Shown here: one piece after another, positions 17,493 through 26,023 of the stretch
Layout: every line of letters starts with the position of its first letter
Position numbering within the stretch: the first letter of the stretch is position 1
Assembly: GCF_000010065.1 (NCBI RefSeq)
Contig: NC_006576.1
Span: forward strand, 2,460,001-2,492,000
Origin: Synechococcus elongatus PCC 6301
GTDB lineage: Bacteria; Cyanobacteriota; Cyanobacteriia; Synechococcales; Synechococcaceae
Direction of reading: 5' to 3'
Length of the DNA stretch: 32,000 bases
Position numbers and translations under genes: made by a program
Notes under the pieces: generated by a model
Database searches by the model: none
Told to the model about the DNA's origin: nothing
Seen by the model: the letters and a program-made list of their open reading frames with translations, nothing else

Positions 17493-17666
17493 TTAGCGAC
17501 GACGACGACGAGAGGCTTCGAGCTTGCGCTTGCGGCGTTGGCTCGGCTTTTCATAGTGCTCGCGTCGACGGACTTCGGGAAGAATGCCAGCTTTCTGGAT
17601 TTTCTTCTTGAAACGACGAAGTGCTGACTCGATCGTTTCGTTTTCGCCTAGACGGACTTCAGCCAC
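17493..17666 (-). CDS. rpsU: 30S ribosomal protein S21
   Basis: Absent from the ORF track because 57 aa is below its apparent cutoff. GTG start (CAC at 17664-17666) is preceded by GGGAGGTGAT, a Shine-Dalgarno sequence about 9 nt upstream. Translation: [57 protein letters not shown], stop TAA (17493-17495). Confidence 0.9.
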   Translation of the reverse strand: MAEVRLGENETIESALRRFKKKIQKAGILPEVRRREHYEKPSQRRKRKLEASRRRRR

Positions 17667-17725
17667 GCTTTGTAATCACCTCCCGAATAAAAGCTAAATG
17701 TTGAACTTCGAGACTTGCAGAATCA

Positions 17726-18043
17726 TTATTCTACCGGATTGCGGTCTCGGCGCTGCGGTCGTTCTGTGTGGCGTGCTTGCCCCAAAACTTCCAAATGGAT
17801 TTGCTGACCTGCTAGCTCCGCTGCGGCATTGAGGATGGCACGCACCGCCTGAAGGTTCCGCCCTCCTCGCCCCAAAATACGAGGCATGGCAGCATCTTCT
17901 GCCGCCAAACGCAAAAGAACCCGTCGACCGGCTTGCGTGGTCTCGCTATCTAAACGTAGCGACTCACCCGGTTCTAACAGGGGCTGGAGCAAATGGCGAA
18001 CGAGCCCAACATAGTCGGGTCGATCAGCAGGAGCCTGAGACAA
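17726..18043 (-). CDS. KH-domain RNA-binding protein (UPF0109/YlqC-like)
   Basis: 105 aa. It has the GxxG KH signature in PRILGRGGRNLQAVRAIL and the classic position after rpsP. The only in-frame start is TTG (18041-18043), 3 nt after the rpsP stop. Confidence 0.85.
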   Translation of the reverse strand: MSQAPADRPDYVGLVRHLLQPLLEPGESLRLDSETTQAGRRVLLRLAAEDAAMPRILGRGGRNLQAVRAILNAAAELAGQQIHLEVLGQARHTERPQRRDRNPVE

Positions 18044-18046
18044 AAC

Positions 18047-18295
18047 CTAGGCCTTGAGCTGTTCAAAGATTTGGGCTTTACGCAGAATGCTGCGCACGGT
18101 TTCCGTCGGTTGAGCGCCTTGTTGGAGACGACGGACGATCGCCGGCACATCCAGACGGGTTTCGTTGGTGCGGGGGTTGTAGAATCCCAACTCTTCTAGG
18201 GGCAGGCCATCGCGGCGCGAGGTGCTGTTGGTCGCCACGATACGGTAGCTGACTTCCCGTTTCTTACCGAAGCGCTTGAGACGCAGTTTGATCAT
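18047..18295 (-). CDS. rpsP: 30S ribosomal protein S16
   Basis: 82 aa. [30 protein letters not shown]...LGFYNP is the canonical S16 N-terminus. Confidence 0.95.
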   Translation of the reverse strand: MIKLRLKRFGKKREVSYRIVATNSTSRRDGLPLEELGFYNPRTNETRLDVPAIVRRLQQGAQPTETVRSILRKAQIFEQLKA

Positions 18296-18398
18296 GCGAA
18301 TGCTCTGATGAGTGACATCAACTGAGATTGGCTAGAGATAGCCGACAATCTCTCAAATTACCATGGCTGGCAACCGAGAGCCAAACGACAGTCCTTGA

Positions 18399-19856
18399 TT
18401 ACAAGCCAAAGCCTTTTTTCTTCTTGCTGCCTTTCTTTTGTTTTTTCGGAGGGCCGTACCCCCGGAAACCGGGTTGAGGAGCCGGGGCCCCGCCACCGAA
18501 TCCAGGCATGCCACCGCCAAAACCGGGCATTCCCATGCCGCCCATGCCGGGGAAGCCACCTTGGCTCATCTGCTGCATCATTGTGCGCATCTGTTGGAAT
18601 TGCTGAATGATTTGGCGGATTTCGGCTTCCGTTTGCCCGCAGCCTTTGGCGATGCGGTGACGGCGGCTAGGGGAATTGGAAAGCAAGTCGGGGTCACGAC
18701 GCTCCTGCGGCGTCATGGAGTTGATCATCGCCTCGACCCGTTTGAGCTGGCGTTCGCCTTGGCGTAGCTGCTCGTCGTTGATCTTGCCGCCCAGACCCGG
18801 AATCAGTTTGATGAACCCAGCCAGCGAGCCCATGTTCTTGAGCAGGCGCATCTGCTTGAGAAAGTCGGTGAAGTCAAATTTGGCCGCCAGGATTTTCTCC
18901 TGCATTTTTTCGACGTCAGCCAAGTCGATTTCTTCTTGCGCCTTTTCGACCAAGGTCAGCACATCGCCCATGCCGAGGATGCGCGAGGCCATCCGCTCGG
19001 GATGGAAGGGCTGGAGAGCCTCGACTTTCTCGCCCAGACCTACAAACTTGATCGGGTGGCCAGAAACGCGCCGAATCGAAAGTGCTGCCCCGCCACGGCT
19101 GTCGCCATCTAGTTTCGTCAGGATTGCGCCGGTGATGCCAATCCGCTCATGGAAGCTACGAGTCAGACTGGGGGCCTCTTGGCCGATCATCGAGTCGACA
19201 ACCAGCAAGACTTCGTGGGGAGCGATCGCCTCTTTAACTTGGGCGAGCTCCTCCATCATTTCGGTGTCGATTTGGAGGCGACCCGCCGTGTCGACGATGA
19301 CGGTGTCAATGCCTTCCTGCCGGGCTTTCTCGACACCTTGGCGGGCAATCTCAACTGGATTGGCGTCGCTACCCAGCTCGAACACGGGCACGTCGATCTG
19401 TTTGCCTAACGTGATCAACTGGTCGATCGCGGCGGGACGGTAGACGTCCGTGGCAACCAACAGGGTCGATCGCCCTTCTTTACGCAGATGCAGCGCCAGT
19501 TTTGCCGTCGCCGTAGTTTTACCGGCACCCTGGAGACCGGCCATCAAAATGACGGTCGGTGCCTTGGCCGCTTGCGCTAGGGGTACATGGGTTTCCCCCA
19601 TGACCTGCACCAGCTCGTCGTAGACGACCTTGATGAATTGCTGATCGGGACGAATCCCGCTGATCACCTGCGTCCCGACTGCTTTTTCCTGGACTTGGGC
19701 GATAAATTCCTTGACGACGCCGAGGTTGACATCTGCCTCGAGCAGGGCGCGCCGAACTTCTTTGAGCGCCTCTTGGACATTCGACTCGCTGATTTTGTCC
19801 TGGCCCCGGAGCTTTGTCCAGGCCTGTTCTAGGCGTTCGGCAAGAGCGTCAAACAT
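18399..19856 (-). CDS. ffh: Signal recognition particle protein Ffh (SRP54)
   Basis: I start it at ATG 19856 (MFDALAERLEQAW...); the track ORF starts 11 codons upstream. The NG domain has GLQGAGKTT, DTAGR and TKLDGDSRGGAALS. The Met-rich M domain is followed by a Gly/Met/Pro-rich and Lys-rich C-terminal tail. Confidence 0.95.
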   Translation of the reverse strand: MFDALAERLEQAWTKLRGQDKISESNVQEALKEVRRALLEADVNLGVVKEFIAQVQEKAVGTQVISGIRPDQQFIKVVYDELVQVMGETHVPLAQAAKAPTVILMAGLQGAGKTTATAKLALHLRKEGRSTLLVATDVYRPAAIDQLITLGKQIDVPVFELGSDANPVEIARQGVEKARQEGIDTVIVDTAGRLQIDTEMMEELAQVKEAIAPHEVLLVVDSMIGQEAPSLTRSFHERIGITGAILTKLDGDSRGGAALSIRRVSGHPIKFVGLGEKVEALQPFHPERMASRILGMGDVLTLVEKAQEEIDLADVEKMQEKILAAKFDFTDFLKQMRLLKNMGSLAGFIKLIPGLGGKINDEQLRQGERQLKRVEAMINSMTPQERRDPDLLSNSPSRRHRIAKGCGQTEAEIRQIIQQFQQMRTMMQQMSQGGFPGMGGMGMPGFGGGMPGFGGGAPAPQPGFRGYGPPKKQKKGSKKKKGFGL

Positions 19857-20003
19857 GAATGAGCGATCGCGTGGCAGTAACTTCCCCATCTTACGTTGGG
19901 GCCGAAATGCGCAAACTCACCTAGGAAAGACGGTAGCGCAGACACCGGAGCGCTTGCGACTGAGTGTGGCAGAGTGAACTCTAGCGTTCGCTCAGTCGTT
20001 CAG

Positions 20004-20300
20004 ATGCGCAGCCCACTGCTCTTCGTTTGGGGACTGGTGTTGGCCATTCAGCCCAGCATGACTGCGGAGACCCTGCCGGATCTCCCGGAAGAGGTGCTGC
20101 GCCAAGAAATAATTACCGAGGCGCGATCGCCCTTGGATGGTCGCCCGTTGACGCCGGCGGAGTACGCGATTTTGCAGCAGCGCCTGCAGACCGACCCCGA
20201 TCCGGTGCGGGGGCTCAATCCTCAGGTGTGGGAGCTCGCTTTTTTGCTTGGGGTTCTCAAAGCGGCGAAAAGTCTGTTTCCATTTCTGCCGTTGCCCTAG
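20004..20300 (+). CDS. Small predicted secreted protein (98 aa), hypothetical
   Basis: I start it at ATG 20004 (MRSPLLFVWGLVLAIQPSMTAE...), a signal-peptide-like N-terminus. The track ORF extends upstream to 19896. Its 3' end overlaps the convergent gene by 44 nt. Confidence 0.5.
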   Translation: MRSPLLFVWGLVLAIQPSMTAETLPDLPEEVLRQEIITEARSPLDGRPLTPAEYAILQQRLQTDPDPVRGLNPQVWELAFLLGVLKAAKSLFPFLPLP

Positions 20301-20643
20301 TAAACAAGGGTGTCAGTGGCTGCAGGCTACCGGTCCAAACCTGAAATTGCTCATTCAGCATCTGCCGGAAAATCTCCAGCACCAGCTCAAAGTCGCCGCT
20401 GATCGTCACCTCCCGATCGCTGTTGTAGTCGGTGTAGAAGCACTCAGCACTGTCAGGGCGTTCATCGCCGGCATCTAAAAGCAGCAAAAACTCTGCCTCA
20501 GTCAGGGTGCGATCGCTCTCTAAGACGGCATGGATGCGAATTTGCTCCTCATCTTGATAGCGCTGGACTTCCCAGCCCGGATAGTCGTAGGAGCGCAACT
20601 CTTTTTCGATTTCAATCAAGCGGGCACGCAGCAGAGCAGACAT
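20257..20643 (-). CDS. Acidic hypothetical protein (128 aa)
   Basis: I start it at ATG 20643 (MSALLRARLIEIEKELRSYDYPGWEVQRY...). That start overlaps the upstream gene's stop as TGATG, a 1-nt overlap suggesting translational coupling. I recognise no family. Confidence 0.6.
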   Translation of the reverse strand: MSALLRARLIEIEKELRSYDYPGWEVQRYQDEEQIRIHAVLESDRTLTEAEFLLLLDAGDERPDSAECFYTDYNSDREVTISGDFELVLEIFRQMLNEQFQVWTGSLQPLTPLFTRATAEMETDFSPL

Positions 20644-21455
20644 CAGCAAACAGCCTTGGGCGCAACGGTAGGAGGAGCAAAAAGGGTTTGGGGTTGGGGA
20701 CGGTGGTGCAGATGCCAAGGCCCCTCGGAGAGACATTGGCCGAGATACCAGAGCGATCGACTGGGATGAGCCGCAATCTGAAGGGGAGCCTCAGCCTGCC
20801 ACTCGGTTGGCGGCGGTAGGGGCTCACCGGGCCTGGGCGATCGCTCGGCATCCCAGCTCCTGAGCCGGAAGCGGCGCTGGCCTAGGCAGCGAATCTGGAG
20901 TTGAGCTGTGCGCCGACTCCATTGCTGTGAAGGGCTCTGACAATCCACTTGAAACTGCTGATCCAACCAGGACAGCTTCAGCGCCGATCGCACCCTCTCT
21001 GACTGCCAGGTATGGCGGCGCCATTGTTGGTGCAGATGGGCCATCGGCTGGGAAAGTCCCAGCTTCAGGCTGCCCAGAAAGGGGCGATCGCCCACGAGTC
21101 CGACCGAAACGGTACGGATCGAGGCTGCCGCAAGCTGCACGATCGCGGTTTGCCAGTCTCCCCAAAGCTGTAACTCTCCACAGAGCTGGCGATCGCGGTC
21201 CAAGGGCAGCAGTAACCAAGGGCGATCGCTGGGCCAAATCGCCAGCACTGCACTTACTGTCTCTGGATCTGCTGCCGTTACAAGGCCCTCCACTGCAGTA
21301 CCGTGCTGGCGGATGAGCGCTGGAACGTCTCGGGGCTCTCGACAGATGGGCTGGGTGATCGCCCTGCCTTGAGCCTGCAGAGCTTCTCGAACACATCGCT
21401 GCGATCGGGCAGCCACAACCGTCCTTGGCAAAAGGACCAGTAGCTGGTGAGGCAT
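20643..21455 (-). CDS. Hypothetical protein with a weak, degenerate DAG-kinase/NAD-kinase-like (YegS/LCB5) pattern
   Basis: 270 aa from ATG 21455; the track ORF begins one codon earlier at GTG 21458. Its layout resembles DAGK-catalytic-domain proteins. However, the GGDGT position reads TAADPET and the PxGTxNDF position reads LLPLDRDRQL. The fold assignment is speculative. Confidence 0.55.
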   Translation of the reverse strand: MPHQLLVLLPRTVVAARSQRCVREALQAQGRAITQPICREPRDVPALIRQHGTAVEGLVTAADPETVSAVLAIWPSDRPWLLLPLDRDRQLCGELQLWGDWQTAIVQLAAASIRTVSVGLVGDRPFLGSLKLGLSQPMAHLHQQWRRHTWQSERVRSALKLSWLDQQFQVDCQSPSQQWSRRTAQLQIRCLGQRRFRLRSWDAERSPRPGEPLPPPTEWQAEAPLQIAAHPSRSLWYLGQCLSEGPWHLHHRPQPQTLFAPPTVAPKAVC

Positions 21456-21560
21456 CACAGCCCACCCTCAAGTTCTGAGGAATAACCAAGATCGCCTTGG
21501 GTTGGTCGCCAAGTCAGGGAATCCAGAATTTTTGCCACCCCAGAGAAAAATATCGTCAGA

Positions 21561-22973
21561 ATGGGGTCACAATCGCCCCTCCGCGTTATGTCTTGGCTTG
21601 CCGACACGGCTACTCTCTCCCGCCTGCAATTTGCTGTCACCGCAATTTTTCACATGCTTTGGCCTGTCTTGACGACGGGACTAGCGATTTTCCTGGTGAT
21701 TGTTGAGGGGATGTGGCTGCGGACGCGCAACCCGGATTACTACCATCACGCTCGCTTCTGGTCCAAACTCTACGTTCTCAACTTCGGGATTGGGGTGGCC
21801 TCGGGGCTGCCGATGGAGTTTCAGATTGGTACCAACTGGGCGCCGTTTTCGGAGGCTGTCGGCGACTTTTTTGGGAGCATCCTCGGCTTTGAGGGAGCGA
21901 TGGCCTTCATGCTGGAGGCAGGCTTCTTGGGGATCATGTTGTTTGGCTGGAATCGTGTGCCGCCCCCGATTCACTATCTCGCCACGATGATGGTCGCCTT
22001 TGGGGCCAATCTCTCGACGTTCTGGATTTTGGCGGCTAACTCCTGGATGCAAACCCCGGCGGGAACTCTGCTCCAAGACGGGCATTTTCAGGTACTGGAC
22101 TACTTCCGGATCATTTTCAATCCCTTCATGGTGGTCAGCGTCTCCCACATGTTCCTCGCGACCTTGGAGACTTCACTCTTCATGGTGGGCGGCATCAGCG
22201 CTTGGTACCTTTTGCGCGATCGCGAGGCTGAATTTTTCCGGCGATCGTTTGTCATTGTTCTCTCGGCGTTGATTGCGATTGCCCCGCTGCAAATCTGGGT
22301 CGGTCACCTCAGCGGCGAACAGGTTTGGGAATATCAGCCGACGAAACTAGCTGCGATGGAAGCGCAATGGAAAACAATCCCCGCTGGTGAGACTGCGCCT
22401 TGGAGTGTCTTGGCTTGGCCGGATACCCAAGCAGAAACCAACCGCTGGTCCCTAGAAGTTCCCCAAGCGCTGGGCTGGATTCTGGAATTTCAACCCCGCC
22501 TCAGTCGCCCTCTCAAAGGCCTCTCGGAGTGGGAACCCCGCGATCGCCCGTCCATGGTGGGTCTAGTCTTTTACGCCTTTCGGGTCATGGTTGGGATCGG
22601 GTTTGCCCTAGCGGGTCTGATGTTGTTGACTGGCCTGCAATGGCTGCGAGGCCGCTTGACCCGCGATCGTTGGTTGCTCTGGGGATGGGTCTTGGCAGCT
22701 CCTCTCGGCTATATCGCAGTGGAATCGGGCTGGATTGTTCGCTGCGTCGGTCGTCAGCCGTGGTTGGTCTACGGGCAACTGCGAACCTTAGATTCGGCCT
22801 CGGATGTGCCCGCAGGAGCCGTTGCCTCATCATTAGGAACCTTTTTGCTGCTCTATAGCGTTCTGTTCGTCACGGCGCTCTTTTTTGGGCGGCGCATCTT
22901 GCTCAAAGGGCCCGATCGCCAGTTGCCGCTACCGGAGACCATCCCTGCCGAGCCGGCTGTCGTTGAGTCTTAG
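21561..22973 (+). CDS. cydA: Cytochrome bd quinol oxidase subunit I
   Basis: 470 aa. LSRLQFAVTAIFHMLWPVLTTGLA, GLPMEFQIGTNWAPFS, GFEGAMAFMLEAGFLG and GWIVRCVGRQPW are canonical CydA blocks. ATG 21588 (MSWLADTATLSRLQF) is an equally good start. Confidence 0.93.
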   Translation: MGSQSPLRVMSWLADTATLSRLQFAVTAIFHMLWPVLTTGLAIFLVIVEGMWLRTRNPDYYHHARFWSKLYVLNFGIGVASGLPMEFQIGTNWAPFSEAVGDFFGSILGFEGAMAFMLEAGFLGIMLFGWNRVPPPIHYLATMMVAFGANLSTFWILAANSWMQTPAGTLLQDGHFQVLDYFRIIFNPFMVVSVSHMFLATLETSLFMVGGISAWYLLRDREAEFFRRSFVIVLSALIAIAPLQIWVGHLSGEQVWEYQPTKLAAMEAQWKTIPAGETAPWSVLAWPDTQAETNRWSLEVPQALGWILEFQPRLSRPLKGLSEWEPRDRPSMVGLVFYAFRVMVGIGFALAGLMLLTGLQWLRGRLTRDRWLLWGWVLAAPLGYIAVESGWIVRCVGRQPWLVYGQLRTLDSASDVPAGAVASSLGTFLLLYSVLFVTALFFGRRILLKGPDRQLPLPETIPAEPAVVES

Positions 22974-23021
22974 TCCGCAGTCATCGAGAACTGTCCTATT
23001 GGTTATTAGGAGCGATCGCCC

Positions 23022-24053
23022 GTGGACGCCTTGCTGCATTTTCTGCCTCAGGTTTGGTTTGTCATTCTGGCTCTGTTCCTATTTCTCTATGTCGTCCTTG
23101 ATGGGTTTGACCTTGGAGTTGGCATTCTCTCGCTGACAACTAGCAGTGAGAATCGCCGCACAATTTTGATGACCAGCTTGGGCAATATTTGGGATGCCAA
23201 TGAAACTTGGCTGGTGCTGATGGGCGGTGCATTGTTTGGGGCATTTCCCTTGGCCTATGGCACGATTCTTAATGCACTCTATCTGCCCATTTTTTTGATG
23301 ATTTTTGGCTTGATTCTTCGGGCGGTTGCTTTTGAATTTCGTGAGAATGCCGAGCGAAAACGCTTCTGGAATTTAGCGTTTGGCAGTGGTAGTTTTCTCG
23401 CTGCCCTCGCACAGGGATTTGCCTTAGGCAGTGTTTTGACAGGGATTCGCACAGACGCTGGCGGCCACTACATTGGCGGGCTTTGGGACTGGTTGAACTG
23501 GCACAGTCTGCTAGTCAGCTTGACGCTGATTCAGGCCTACGTGCTGATCGGCTCGACCTACTTGATTATGCGGACGGGGGGCAGTCTTCGGGAAACCCAC
23601 TTCCAGACCGCTAAACTCGCCACCATTACAACCTTAGTTGGGGCGATCGCGATCACTGCAACGACCCCCTTTATTTCCGAAAGTGCTCGCGATCGCCTTT
23701 TGCAAGTGCCTTTCATCTATGGATTTACACTGATTCCTGTGCTTGGCGTTCTCTTGATTGCCATCCTCTGGCGCAGTCTGAGTCGGAAGCAGGAATTTGC
23801 TCCATTTATTTGGACTGTTTTACTCTTTTTACTCACTTTTATTGGTCTGGGCCTGCTTGTTTTTCCCTACGTCATTCCGCCTCAGATCACGATTTACCAA
23901 GCTGCTGCATCACCGAGTGCATTGGTATTCATGATTGTTTTTATCGGTTTCCTAATTCCAATTATGTTGTTCTATAACATCTATAACTACATTGTTTTTC
24001 GCGGTAAAGTTGTGGTCGAACATAGCGAAGCGGTTCTGCCTCAGGATGCCTAA
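23022..24053 (+). CDS. cydB: Cytochrome bd quinol oxidase subunit II
   Basis: 343 aa. GTG start is preceded by AGGAG (23008-23012). LDGFDLGVGIL, WDANETWLV and the multi-TM composition are typical of CydB. Confidence 0.93.
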   Translation: MDALLHFLPQVWFVILALFLFLYVVLDGFDLGVGILSLTTSSENRRTILMTSLGNIWDANETWLVLMGGALFGAFPLAYGTILNALYLPIFLMIFGLILRAVAFEFRENAERKRFWNLAFGSGSFLAALAQGFALGSVLTGIRTDAGGHYIGGLWDWLNWHSLLVSLTLIQAYVLIGSTYLIMRTGGSLRETHFQTAKLATITTLVGAIAITATTPFISESARDRLLQVPFIYGFTLIPVLGVLLIAILWRSLSRKQEFAPFIWTVLLFLLTFIGLGLLVFPYVIPPQITIYQAAASPSALVFMIVFIGFLIPIMLFYNIYNYIVFRGKVVVEHSEAVLPQDA

Positions 24054-24244
24054 AGCTGAAGTCTTAGGCTGGAGTGCTATCCCCTCCATCCCGGCGAGCA
24101 GGTTCCGAGTTTCGGCTCGTTCCGTACTATTCCCGACCATACCGAACTGCGGGCCGCCGCGATCGCCTCGGTCAAATTAGCGAACAAAAGCCTGAATATT
24201 CCCGTCTGTCTTATGTGCTTGCGCCCACTGCGAGATCCCCTGTC

Positions 24245-24748
24245 ATGACACTGTTGCCCCATCGTCGGCAGTCGGCCATGCTAAGCCCGGGCCAAGCGCT
24301 GGCAGGCGTAGTCGCCATGGGGATTGTTGCGGCGCTAGCTATGCCTAGCGTGATGAAGGTTCAGCAACAAGCGCAGCTTGAGGAAGCGGTTTCGACCACT
24401 GAGCGCATTCTCAGAACAATCCATCAAAACGCGCAGAGCCGCGATCGCGACTGCAGCTTCTCGCTTGTAGGATTGGCTGTCTCGGTTGCGCCCAGCAACT
24501 GTTGGTCAGCAACTCCCTTGAATTTTGCCAATATTTCTTCGGCGATCCGCATCGACCCGGACAGTACGCTGATCGGGCCCAAAATTGCGATTTTTCAGGC
24601 TAGCGGTAATGTCGATCTCGATGGCGCAAGACAGGGACGGCGAGTCTTGGTGCTCGAGCACAGTCAGTTGCCCGGTCGTCGCTGCATTGAGGTGATTCAC
24701 AGCGGTGGCATCAATAGCGGGATTTGGGATGGCCGTCAGTGCGATTGA
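24245..24748 (+). CDS. Hypothetical protein with a degenerate type IV (pseudo)pilin-like N-terminal helix
   Basis: I start it at ATG 24245; the track ORF starts at GTG 24074, but that upstream part looks non-coding. ...SPG|QALAGVVAMGIVAALAMPSV resembles the pilin G|FTLIELLVVVAIIGILAAIAIP helix. It lacks Glu+5 and is about 4 residues shorter. The C-terminal domain has 4 Cys. Confidence 0.45.
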   Translation: MTLLPHRRQSAMLSPGQALAGVVAMGIVAALAMPSVMKVQQQAQLEEAVSTTERILRTIHQNAQSRDRDCSFSLVGLAVSVAPSNCWSATPLNFANISSAIRIDPDSTLIGPKIAIFQASGNVDLDGARQGRRVLVLEHSQLPGRRCIEVIHSGGINSGIWDGRQCD

Positions 24749-24820
24749 GCAGGATCAGTCTCTTTGCCCCAACCGGCATCAGTCATCAGCACGGAGCACC
24801 CTGACAAACTGAGCGATCGC

Positions 24821-25189
24821 TCAAATCTGCTCCAGACTTGGTGCAACTTGCACCAGTTCAATCATGACTGGATCCTCGGCAGCAAAGTTGGCCGCCTGGG
24901 ATTGCAGCTTCTGGGTTTCTTCGTCTGTGCGGGTGCAGGCAAAGCCGTAGCGGGCACGTACCCGTTCGGAGGCGGCGGCCAAGGCTGTGCAGCCCTGCTG
25001 TTGGAGCTTCGCCACAGTTAGGCGATCGCCCGGTTTGAGGTAGTCCAAAACAACCGTGGACGGGGAATAGAGCAGCGACTCACTGCCATCAGGCCAGTTG
25101 AGCTTCAGATAAACTTCAGGCATCGTCAGGGGCAGAACAACGGTGATTGCAATGATCCTGTTTGGGATTGTCGGGGTTTTTGCGGTCAT
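24821..25189 (-). CDS. Small conserved protein, possibly MSMEG_0570-family (family name from memory, uncertain)
   Basis: 122 aa from ATG 25189, or 100 aa from ATG 25123 (MPEVYLKLNWPDGSESLLYSPSTVVLDYL...AASERVRARYGFAC...). It lies 15 nt downstream of and co-directional with the IMPase-family gene. Confidence 0.6.
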   Translation of the reverse strand: MTAKTPTIPNRIIAITVVLPLTMPEVYLKLNWPDGSESLLYSPSTVVLDYLKPGDRLTVAKLQQQGCTALAAASERVRARYGFACTRTDEETQKLQSQAANFAAEDPVMIELVQVAPSLEQI

Positions 25190-25204
25190 TGCCCGTTGTC
25201 TCTG

Positions 25205-26023
25205 TTACCGAGTCAGAAGTGCTGCCCAAGACTCAAAGGCTTCTTGCAGAGCTGGCCTTGCCAACAGCAATGTAGGCCAATTGACAGAGCCGTAGTCCCG
25301 TCCAGATTGCAGGGGAAATTGTTCACCTGCCAGCGATCGCCAATCGGCACCGAGGGCTTGGGCCAGCACCCAAACGGCAGCGATGTCCCAGATCTTTGGC
25401 GTTGCTTCCAAAGCCCCGAGGGTCGTTCCCTCCAGTACGGTTAGGAAATTTGCAGTCGAGGCTCCCAGCATCCGAATTTTGCAGGGGAAGGGTGCGCTCC
25501 AGCGTTGCAGCACGATCGCGCTGCGGGTGCAAAGGCTAAAGAGTTGATTCGAGCCCAGGGATTCAGTGCGCAGCTGTAACGGTTGATGATTCCGCTCTGC
25601 CCAAGCCACCGGCGCTAAATCCGTCGATCGCGTATCCACCCCGCAATAAAAGCGCTGTAGCGGTGGCAAGGCGATCGCCCCAAACACGGGCCAGCCGCGA
25701 TAGAGCAAGGCCAGTGAAATTCCCCAGATGGGAATCCCTTGGGCAAAGTTGGTGGTGCCATCGAGGGGATCAACCACCCAAGTCCAGTCGGCGCCACCAA
25801 AGGTTTGCTGACTTTCCTCGGTGAGCAAGGCGTGCTTCGGAAAGAGCTGAGATAGGCGATCGCACAGGGTTTGATCGGCCCAGCGATCGGCGGCGGTAAT
25901 CAAGCTGCCGTCTGCCTTTTCTGTGGCTTGCAGCGTTCCAAATTCCAGTAGGAGGCGATCGCCGACTTCCTGACAGAGCGCTTCAATCGTTTGGGCGAGC
26001 GATCGCCAATCGGGTTGGTTCAT
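25205..26023 (-). CDS. Inositol monophosphatase family protein (SuhB/HisN/CysQ-like phosphatase)
   Basis: 272 aa. It has the metal and substrate motifs LLTEES, WVVDPLDGTTNF and KIWDIAAV. Its start overlaps the upstream gene's stop as TGATG. Confidence 0.9.
   Translation of the reverse strand: MNQPDWRSLAQTIEALCQEVGDRLLLEFGTLQATEKADGSLITAADRWADQTLCDRLSQLFPKHALLTEESQQTFGGADWTWVVDPLDGTTNFAQGIPIWGISLALLYRGWPVFGAIALPPLQRFYCGVDTRSTDLAPVAWAERNHQPLQLRTESLGSNQLFSLCTRSAIVLQRWSAPFPCKIRMLGASTANFLTVLEGTTLGALEATPKIWDIAAVWVLAQALGADWRSLAGEQFPLQSGRDYGSVNWPTLLLARPALQEAFESWAALLTR

Noticed and set aside
18399-18563. Low-complexity, repeat-like DNA (GGN/ATG/CCN) at the 3' end of ffh.
   Set aside because: It encodes the Gly/Met/Pro-rich and Lys-rich C-terminal tail of SRP54 and remains in frame. 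It is not an independent repeat element.
18676-19443. A 255-aa + strand ORF antisense to ffh.
   Set aside because: It is a Ser/Arg/Pro-rich shadow of a highly conserved gene with no motifs.
20824-21489. A 221-aa minus-strand ORF in an alternative frame overlapping the 270-aa ORF.
   Set aside because: It has Arg/Ser/Pro/Ala-rich low-complexity composition. The other frame shows the usual in-frame HIP1 translations (GDR, AIA/AIV, RS) and a coupled stop/start with the downstream gene.
24054-24244. A search for a CydX-like small TM peptide, or a structured ncRNA or riboswitch, downstream of cydB.
   Set aside because: The only ORF here (44 aa from ATG 24046) is hydrophilic and Pro/Arg/Ser-rich. 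Only 3-5-bp stems are visible, and I could match no known RNA family.
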